The notes under the pieces were generated by a model. That model did not search any database. It had not been told where the DNA came from and worked only from the letters and a program-made list of their open reading frames with translations. A program made the translations under genes and the position numbers. A DNA stretch of 63,831 nt, filler included, from Aduncisulcus paluster (taxonomy: Eukaryota), in NCBI GenBank assembly GCA_024181965.1. It is 6 parts of 6 records of this genome, joined end to end, with 100 filler letters (N's around TTAATTAATTAA, not from the genome) between each part and the next. Parts side by side here need not be neighbours in the genome. Positions count along the whole stretch, not along the records: positions 44,713 to 57,889 come from BQXS01012326.1; positions 57,990 to 61,638 come from BQXS01012327.1; positions 61,739 to 63,831 come from BQXS01012333.1; 3 more parts are not named here. One strand, written 5' to 3'. This document shows, in pieces, positions 55,901-63,831 of this stretch (its first letter is position 1; the number at the start of each line of letters is the position of its first letter).

Positions 55901-57889
55901 CATACGAAAAACAAGTATCGGCAATGAATTCATTCTTTTCGGTGATAGTTTCCCGGCGAGAACCTAATTGTTTGTTACGTTTCGCGTAAGACCGTCTGAC
56001 AAACTGTTCCATTTCACAGTGTTGGGGGAAAGCTGTGACAAGGGGATACGAAGGTTCTGGAAGGTCCTGCGATATTTCTTTCTCTTTCGAGTAGACGATT
56101 CCTTTCTTCTCCTTTCTACCTCTGGGAGATAATTCTCGAGGAGAATGGAGTGGATCAGCCACAATAGAGTCTTCCAAGGCAAGATCGTCTGCCAATTTCT
56201 CGGAGATACGAGCGCATTGCAAAAGAGGAGAAAAGAATATGTGACGGTGAGAAAACTCTCTACTGTTCATGAAAGGAGTCGATTCTTTCTGCAGTTTCAG
56301 TCGACTCCGATTGATTTTCATGACAATCATTTCATTAAAAAGCAAGAGACTCGTCGCAGACTGAGAGGAAGGGTGTTTGATCGTCTCAATGAAAAAATCA
56401 AACATCTGAGTCTGACTGAATTGCTTGATAAATGTGAAGGTCGAGGAAGGGAAAGAAGAAATGAATGCATCGGTTTTGAAACGATTTGATTTTTCATCCA
56501 AAAACTTCTCGTAGCTTACAAAAAGAGAAGTGAAAAACTTCATAAATCCAAGCTCCACTGAAGTTGGATTGAATAGCATCATGGGAGAATCTCTGGTGCC
56601 AACACTGGAATAGGTATCGTGTCTGCGTGATAATGACTGCGGGACATAGCCATGCTCAAGAGGAACCAAAAGGGGCAGAGGAGAGTGGCCTAAAGCTCTT
56701 GGGACAAGTGAACATGAACTTACTTTATGATAGGGAACTCCAGGTATCCCAGGTTGTGAAGGAGCGAAGAGATTCTTTGGAATAGACACCATATCTTTTC
56801 TGATATCAGGTATACTCTCCATACATAGGAAACGAGTAGCAAAATAATAGATACTCAATCGATACTGTTCCTCAAGATCTAAATATAGACCAGTGTGAGC
56901 TGCTAACTTTTGAACATCGATTCGCTTTGGCATTGAGATAGATCCGTCGAGTTTCACATACGATTGTGCCCCAGAACTCTTCATCATCGAAGACTCTGAG
57001 CCCATTCCCAGACCGACACAAACTCCAATAGAGCAAGTGCCATCCCACACACCCCAACACACATGATCTCTCCATTGCTGACGCCTCATAAGCACACGCG
57101 GAGAGGAAGGAGAAGAAGGTCGGGAAGACCGTGGAGATTCGGTTGATGATCCAACTCCAACTGAAGGAGATATTGCCAATGGACCAGATCCACCTGCTCC
57201 CCTGTGATCTCTATCCTTTGAGATAGAAGAGGGAGGGATGTTGAGAGGGGATACACGGACAGGGGGAGAAGAAGGGTTCACATTGTTGGGTCGTGGCATT
57301 GAAGAAGGTGATGGTAACATCCTTGGCGGTGTGGCAGCCATTCTATCTACCTCTTCAAAAGACTCCTTACCAGTAGCTTTAGCCATTCTCCATCGTTTAT
57401 CCTCAGCCTCTCTTTCCTGTTGAATTTGAGACAAATACATGGAGAATGACGGAGGGAATCCAAGAGCATGTGAGGTGTGACTATGAACATGATGGGGAGT
57501 TATAGAGGAGAAGAGGAAAGAGTTCAAGAAAGAAGAGTATTGGGGGGGGATGGAGGGAGAGGAAATGGCAGGGGTGTTGAGACAAGATTTTGAGGAACTC
57601 TGCTTCAATGCTGGTTTTTTACGGGCAAGAGGACTATGATGTCCGGATGCACTGGAACTAGCCGTAGAAGAATAGTGATGAGTGGCAGAACTCAATTTCC
57701 TTTCTCTCTCTTTCACTCTTTCACGGACACACACGTTATGACAGAAACTATCAAGAGCTTCTTGAACTTTTTCCTGTTGTTTACGCGGGAGAGAAGGGAT
57801 AAGTAAATGTTTCTTGTCCTCTGAAACAGATGGATGGAGACGGACAATACCGAAATCAAGATCAAACACGACCAAAAGCTTATCTTTAG
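52947..57889 (-). CDS. DENN-domain (Rab GEF-like) protein with a tandem IQ array and DUF3490-like C-terminus; 5' truncated
   Basis: VVFDLD (end of core DENN), dDENN FMKFFTSLFVSYEKFL..FKTDAFI..FIKQFSQTQMFDFFIE, and about 12-15 IQ-like motifs (IQALVRGYTTR, IQRVYRGFKGR, IQAIVRGFIAR, IQRVWRGSKGR). Confidence 0.8.
53421..53468. repeat. 12-nt coding tandem repeat x4 (ACCATCGGCAGA; SADG peptide repeat on the minus strand)
   Basis: Four exact copies, with degenerate flanking copies. Confidence 0.9.
53794..54409. repeat. Gap-flanking overlap duplication (298 nt x2), assembly artefact
   Basis: 53794-54091 is repeated at 54112-54409 with one A/C mismatch seen. Confidence 0.9.
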
Positions 57890-57989
57890 NNNNNNNNNNN
57901 NNNNNNNNNNNNNNNNNNNNNNNNNNNNNNNNNTTAATTAATTAANNNNNNNNNNNNNNNNNNNNNNNNNNNNNNNNNNNNNNNNNNNN
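57890..57989. other. Artificial contig linker
   Basis: N44-TTAATTAATTAA-N44. Confidence 0.97.
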
Positions 57990-60900
57990 ATGAATTCATT
58001 CTCACCCAATTCCACACCAAGACTCCTTAATTCCTTTGGCAGAATCTCGCTGATATACTCCCTGACAGGTAAACCGTCCTGGGAGGCCTTCTTTGATACC
58101 ATTTGGAAGAGGTCATCGAAGGATCGACCACCTTCTAAAACCCTCACAATCTCATCACTGAGCATATTATTCCAGGCACTCTGGCTGGAAACAAAGGGTG
58201 AATCTCCCCCCGAGGCACTGTGGGGACGGCGGAGAGCTGATCTATCACCACTAATGGCTCTTCTTGCTCGTTTGAGACTGTCTTTGCTGGGACCAAGCCT
58301 TCCACGGGTTGAACCAGGTGTTCTAGAAGGTGTTGTGGCAGTCAAAGGTCTCCCAGGTGTCTTCTGAAGGATTGAAGCAAGACGGTTGGAGGCAGAAAGG
58401 GAAGAATAGAGAGTGGGAGCGGGTGAGAATGAACTAGGTGCCACTGAAGGGTTCAAGAAAGTGATAACGGGTGAATTGGCAGGGAAAGAATCCGAATGAA
58501 CGAGTTTTGTAAGAGTTAAAGGGCGACTTTTAAGCAAATCTTTTATCGTTCCGAGCACTTTCTTTGCACAAGCATGGGCTCGCAATACATTCTCCCGTGG
58601 AACGGCAAGGAGGCTATCATTCTCCAACAGAACATCAGCATTGACAGCTACCAGCAAAACATGGAGATTCCACATCACATCTTCGATATCTATATCCTTC
58701 TCCCGAGGCTCAAGCTCAATCTGAAGGCTTAGACTGCTCTCCATGCGCTCGAATAGATCATCAAGAGCTAGACGAACACCATCGAGCATCATATTCACAC
58801 ACCTTACAATCACAACTTGGGCTTTATCCAAGTGGTCGGGGTGTTGCCAAGCAGCATCAATCCTCTGCATCTTCCTTCTCGTGGCAACGGATACTTGTTT
58901 CTGAGGGTGAATAAGGGCATGTCCAGTCCGACGTAGGAGTTGGAAAAAGGTAGATAGGACGGCAGTTTGATTAGCGTTTTGAAGGATTGCATACGTGGTA
59001 TCGTTAAGACGCTGTAACATCTGTTTACCAGAGCTTTCATCAGGGGTATAAGGCTTTCCTTCGTACTGCAACAACGCGTGGCCAGCAGGACCTAAGGTTT
59101 TGAGCCCACCGTCAAGCATGACAGCAACCAAAAAGAACAAAACATCCTTCAAAATAGCTCTTGACAAGTTCTGAGCAATCACAGGTGTCATGAATGTGCG
59201 TTTCAACAAGGTTATTCCATATCTAAGCAGACGATCAGCAATGGGTTGAGATACAAGCATGTTGGCACATAAAGATTCAATGGTTATGGTTACAATGTCT
59301 TCTGAGAAAAGCATGAACTCGTCCGAATGTGAGGAACAAAGTGATATAAGTCGTTTATATGTTGTGATGAGAAGTTCTTGCAGTTCAGCATAGGCTACCA
59401 ATTCGTTATGACTCGGAGGCTGTCCGTCTGACCAAGGATTTGTCATTTCATTGCATTTCTTGAGAGTCTCTATCTGTTCTTGAATCCCGTTCCTCTTCTC
59501 CTTTGTGAGTGACCTCTGGGGGAGATGTGGCGTGGCCATTACAGCAACTCCACGGGCCATCAATCGGGAAGCACCACCAACCTTAGATTCCATATGAGAA
59601 GGATCAGCAACTTCAGATGACATCGGGGCATCAACGGATGGGAATGAGATACCATTGAGATCCTCAGGAAGCCCTTCAAGAGAGAAGATAGAATCCTTTG
59701 GCTGGGGGGCAGAGACAAGGGTGGACTGGGCTTGTTGATCGGGGGTGGCTTCAGAACCCACAGGAGGTTCTTCAGATCCCATCGACCCGGCCTTCAATGG
59801 TTCAGATTTCGTGTCAGAGCCTTTGGTTCTCTCTCCGTCGAGTGCATTACTGCTGCTCTTGATGCTAATTGAGGTTGCTGGGTTAGCTATCCGAACACTC
59901 TTCTTATGAGAGCGAGCAGAAGAGATGGAGGAAGATGCAAGAGAAGAGGAGGCCAGACTCGTTGATGTCGAGGAGCTTTGACCACTTTTAACAGAAATAG
60001 ACCGTGAAGGTCTGTCTGAACCTTGAGAACTCGACTGAACTGATGATTGGGGTTTATCACTCGATTTGGGAATAGACGCAGGCGATTCTGCGGCGAGTTT
60101 AGCGAATACAGCCTCCAAACTCCTTTGGGCAGCCTTGGACATGGTTTTCTCTGCCATTTTCTTCATAAAACCGACAACTGGCTGTCCATACAAACGAGCC
60201 ACCTCTTGCATAACAGCATAAGCCTTCTCTCTCATCCCGTGGCTCCCATCTTGAGTTCTTTTCAATATTACAGGCACCAATGTAATTACTTCCTTCTTAA
60301 TATGGGCAATGTGTGGACCATTGGCTTCTTCAACACTTATTTCTCCAAGTCTCTCAATTATAAACGACATCACAAGCTCCTTCGCAGGTTGAGATGTTTC
60401 TTTGATGAGGATATTTGATAGAATCTTTGGCATACTTGTGTTCTTAGCACATTGTCCGACAAGCACAAACATCATCCCTTTGCTATGATCTCCTCGAAGT
60501 AATAGCTCAAGAGCATGCTTGGCAGCCTCACGGTGACTGGGTTTCTTTTGGCTGAATTGCATTTCGATTGGAGTTGTGAGCGCTGGAATATGCTTGTTAC
60601 AAGCCTCTTTAGTGGTGCTTTTCAGTACTAAGATCAACAGCTGAGTGATTGTCTGAAGAACCTTCACATTACTCTCCCCACCCATGAATCTCTCTTTGAC
60701 AAAGGACGTCAAGTGGCCAAAATCACCCGTAATATGCTTGGCAATCTTAACTTCGCGAATAAGAGCATTCAATTTCTCTACTCTGTTTTTCCAATTCTTC
60801 TCTTTCTGGATGGTGGCCATATCATTGGGATTGAAGACATTCTTCATAGAAACTCGACAACTGTCATCAATTAATTCATCCCCATCGTCAATGGCAAACA

Positions 60901-61638
60901 AATCTTCTTCTTCTTCTTTCCGACGATCAACCAAGGGCCGCCTAGAACCGACACGAGACGAGACCCCACTCAACCGACGCGTAGAGTTCGAAGAAGAAGA
61001 AACGCTCGTGGTTGTGGATTTTCTTCCTCTCTGCGAACTTGGAGCTTTGCTGGAAACCTGAGACCTCAAAGGCTTCTTGACACGGCTTTCAATTTGTTTT
61101 GTTGGAGGTGGACTTTCTCTTTGAGGTTGTTCTTCAGCTTCTTCAGCAGCATCCTCTTCTTCTTCGCCATCGTTCTTTTTGCTTTCTTTGATAGCCGCCT
61201 TTGCGTCGGTTTCAATCGTTGAGCGTAGGGCCGTGGATACTTTATCGCCAGCCTTCTTGAAGAACAGGCCAATGATAGAACCGCCAATGAAGGTGGCACA
61301 GAGCTTCAAGAATTCAAGACATTGCGTACGAATGTTACGAGCAGGGTTGTTGATCCCATGAACGGAAACACGGAGAAGAGTTTCGGTGTCTGCACCGTAT
61401 TTCTTTAAATTATATCCATACGCAGTGAGGACATCACATGCACACCGAAGACCACCAGCTTGCAACGCAGGACTCTTGGCCGTTACAGCAAAACGATCAA
61501 GCTTATCCATACCCCATGCAACCCCGAACTCTTTCGTCAGCAGTAGGAAAATGGGTACAGCGGAACGGTATACTTTAGAATCACCTAACTTCAAACAAGC
61601 CAACTGGGCGACAAGCTCAGCTGTCGAGCGGTGAAAAG
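57990..61638 (-). CDS. CKAP5: XMAP215/Dis1/ch-TOG family microtubule polymerase, partial at both ends
   Basis: TOG HEAT motifs KNWKNRVEKL and ESNVKVL. The family C-terminal domain reads LNDTTYAILQNANQTAVLSTFFQLL..VIVRCV..IDIEDVMWNLHVLL. Confidence 0.8.
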
Positions 61639-61738
61639 NNNNNNNNNNNNNNNNNNNNNNNNNNNNNNNNNNNNNNNNNNNNTTAATTAATTAANNNNNN
61701 NNNNNNNNNNNNNNNNNNNNNNNNNNNNNNNNNNNNNN
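61639..61738. other. Artificial contig linker
   Basis: N44-TTAATTAATTAA-N44. Confidence 0.97.
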
Positions 61739-62190
61739 AGGATCAAGATTATGCGGATCTGGTGTCACAAATACTTTACGCGATTGTGACACCAGATCCG
61801 TATACCCGTGTGGTGCGAATAGAGGACGAGTTTTGGCCGATTGTACAGGTGTGTTTTGCGGCTGTAGTCCGCTACGACAATACGCCACAAAGGTTTCCGA
61901 CCACACTCTCTCTTGTATCTTGTTTCTTCCGATCAGGAGACAAATACGTGGAGGTATTAGCATCTCGCATCAGAAAAAGACTCGATGCTTGGATGAGATG
62001 TGTCGAGAGAGTTTCAGACGTTGAGGTTAACCAACATTGGAGCTGGTTCCTGAGTGGATTTGCTGATGACCACTCTCATCGTTTTCTTTACTGGCTTCGT
62101 GCTCATCGCGATCATATCGATTGGCTTGCTGATCACGGGGGCGATGAGGAAGAGATAGAGGTAATCAGAAAGGCCATATGCAAGAAGTAA
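61739..62190 (+). CDS. Uncharacterised helical protein, 5' truncated
   Basis: Frame is open from the contig edge (DQDYADLVSQILY...) to TAA 62190. No recognised motif. Confidence 0.55.
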
Positions 62191-62224
62191 GAAAGTTCTA
62201 AAAGTAAGAAAGTTCTAAAAGTAA
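62185..62224. repeat. 17-nt tandem repeat (AAGTAAGAAAGTTCTAA x2 plus partial)
   Basis: 62185-62201, 62202-62218 and AAGTAA 62219-62224. It fills almost the whole gap between two convergent stops. Confidence 0.9.
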
Positions 62225-62226
62225 AT

Positions 62227-63042
62227 TTACTTGTGATCTATAGTACAGTGAATTGGGGAATAGTCACTGCAGTCATATTTGTGGTCAAGAGAAACTTTGT
62301 ACAGCTCCCATTGCACAGAACCGTCTGAATGCTTACCAGTTCTGCGAATAGTTGCTAACGTAGAACGACAGTCCTTGCAACGCATATATGCCGCGTTGGC
62401 ACGGATATCGAGAGAGCAAGAAAGTCCGGTCCTAGCAACCAGACTGTCAAAGAGTACACGGGGGGTTCGGGCTTTCCTCCCAATGCACGAGCTGAGTGGA
62501 AACCAAGCCTGAACCACATCAACTTCCCAGCCATCTAGCTCTAAGGTTTCCAAATTTGGTGTAACTCCAAAGTAGAATGGCTGCACATGACCATCATGCC
62601 ATCCGACGTAGACCCTGTTTGACCGGTCCTCGGACCTGTTATAGACCGCCACTTGCTTATCCGCCATGGAGATAAACCATATGCAGACGCCCAGATCCTT
62701 GGCCACTTGAAGGTAGTGCTCATTTGTGGCATAGGACGTTGGTTTCAGGTATTCGACACATTCGGCTTCGGTTATCCGGCCAGTCTGTAAAAGGTTCCAT
62801 ACGGTACTGAACTTTAGTGCCTTGGCTAGTGATGCAATGTTATCATCTTCGTATTTTCGTATCCCATAGAGTACTGCCTGATAAAAGCAGTCGGCATCGT
62901 CATCAGATTGGATATTCCTGGTTGAAGGAAAATACGCCGCCAATACCTTAAAGGTGGCCCGTCCGAATTCGTAACAATACTCCATGCAAGGAAGAATACA
63001 TATCATCATATTTGTGAATATTGACAATGAGTTAGTCTTCAT
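62227..63042 (-). CDS. OTU-like cysteine protease (putative deubiquitinase) with a C-terminal zinc-binding module
   Basis: DDADCFYQAV (Cys 62887-62889), YLKPTSYATNEHYLQVAKDLGVCIWFI (variable loop) and VYVGWHDGHVQP (His 62587-62589), then MRCKDC...WEL..HKYDC. The start may be 62985. Confidence 0.75.
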   Translation of the reverse strand: MKTNSLSIFTNMMICILPCMEYCYEFGRATFKVLAAYFPSTRNIQSDDDADCFYQAVLYGIRKYEDDNIASLAKALKFSTVWNLLQTGRITEAECVEYLKPTSYATNEHYLQVAKDLGVCIWFISMADKQVAVYNRSEDRSNRVYVGWHDGHVQPFYFGVTPNLETLELDGWEVDVVQAWFPLSSCIGRKARTPRVLFDSLVARTGLSCSLDIRANAAYMRCKDCRSTLATIRRTGKHSDGSVQWELYKVSLDHKYDCSDYSPIHCTIDHK

Positions 63043-63294
63043 ATTAGACGATTCAGTAGCTAATCACTATTTTCATATATGATAGAGTAAATATTTCTGG
63101 GGAATTCCATGTTAGGGGGTAGTATTATCTAATGTACACATATCGATTGTTTACCACCACATTATCATAATTAGATAAATTAAATAGCTGAATTGAGCAC
63201 TTGCTTTATTATATATATGTGGTAATGATCTGATAAGCTCGGCTTGACCCCCTTCAAGGGAGTGCAAGTTGCACTCAGTGCAAAGAGGCTCTTT

Positions 63295-63831
63295 ATGCTT
63301 TGCTTTTTGTTACAAAAGATGGAAGTCACCTGGAGAGAAATGGTAGACGGCGGTATACGTGAAACTGAGCTCTGCCATTTATTGTATAAATCTAGCAAAA
63401 ATGATTTGGAGTCATATGGCTATGTTATGAGGTGCACCAACTGCGAACTCAGTCTGGGTTATAGACAGAGCTTCTCTCATAGACACCTGTGGAAGATAAC
63501 CCAATACAAATGCCCAATGTGCCCGAGCGAGGTAATATACCCTCTGAAGCTTATAAAACGTGGGGTGGGAGTTGTATCTTATGTTTATATGTATCCACTT
63601 GAGAATCTTATGATCATATCATCGTCAAAATGTGATCGAGACCGCCTGTTATCGATATATGAAGGGGAGAACCTCCTATCCGGTGACGAAGACTTTGATG
63701 ACTTTGATGACTTCGGTGGATTTGACGGGTTTGAAGAGGAGATTCATGATGAGTGTGAATCCCATCCAAGCAAAGGCTGTGAGCATAGTTCACGTGCTGT
63801 TGACGTTCCAATTGATTCTAGTGCGTATAGG
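63295..63831 (+). CDS. Zinc-finger-like protein with acidic region, 3' truncated (not in ORF track)
   Basis: Frame is open from 63229 to the window end: MLCFLLQKMEVTWREM...YVMRCTNCELSLGY...LWKITQYKCPMCP...DEDFDDFDDFGGFDGFEEE. Confidence 0.65.
   Translation, partial: MLCFLLQKMEVTWREMVDGGIRETELCHLLYKSSKNDLESYGYVMRCTNCELSLGYRQSFSHRHLWKITQYKCPMCPSEVIYPLKLIKRGVGVVSYVYMYPLENLMIISSSKCDRDRLLSIYEGENLLSGDEDFDDFDDFGGFDGFEEEIHDECESHPSKGCEHSSRAVDVPIDSSAYR

Noticed and set aside
26506..61738. Recurrent TTAATTAATTAA palindrome as a biological repeat, and gene adjacency across it
   Set aside because: It always sits inside N44 padding as an exact 100-nt unit. It is an artificial linker, so neighbours across it are not truly linked.

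Overview
Eukaryotic (protist) draft-genome sequence in the standard genetic code. It is six separate contigs joined by artificial 100-nt linkers (N44-TTAATTAATTAA-N44), and six internal 20-N gaps are flanked by artefactual overlap duplications. The DNA is gene-dense, with at most one short AT-rich GT-AG intron seen per gene, always near the 5' end. Genes: a giant (>3,900 aa) kinase plus pseudo-dual-specificity-phosphatase fusion that the ORF track mostly missed, an SLC19 folate/thiamine carrier, a neutral-ceramidase-like protein, Nop53, a PUF protein, a large WD40 protein, a nitroreductase, a giant Greatwall/MAST/Rim15-type AGC kinase, Nop9, a MIF4G-like protein, Fun30/SMARCAD1, an ASH-domain ciliary protein, a GBP/atlastin-like GTPase ending in a PBCV basic-adaptor-like motif, a DENN-IQ-DUF3490-like protein and XMAP215. 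The last contig holds an OTU-protease/zinc-finger gene cluster that may be mobile or viral. Three +1 reading-frame breaks occur at microsatellites, all inside the two giant kinase genes. The organism may be a free-living flagellated fornicate such as Aduncisulcus; this is an unverified inference. All family calls come from motif recognition by eye and no database search was run.
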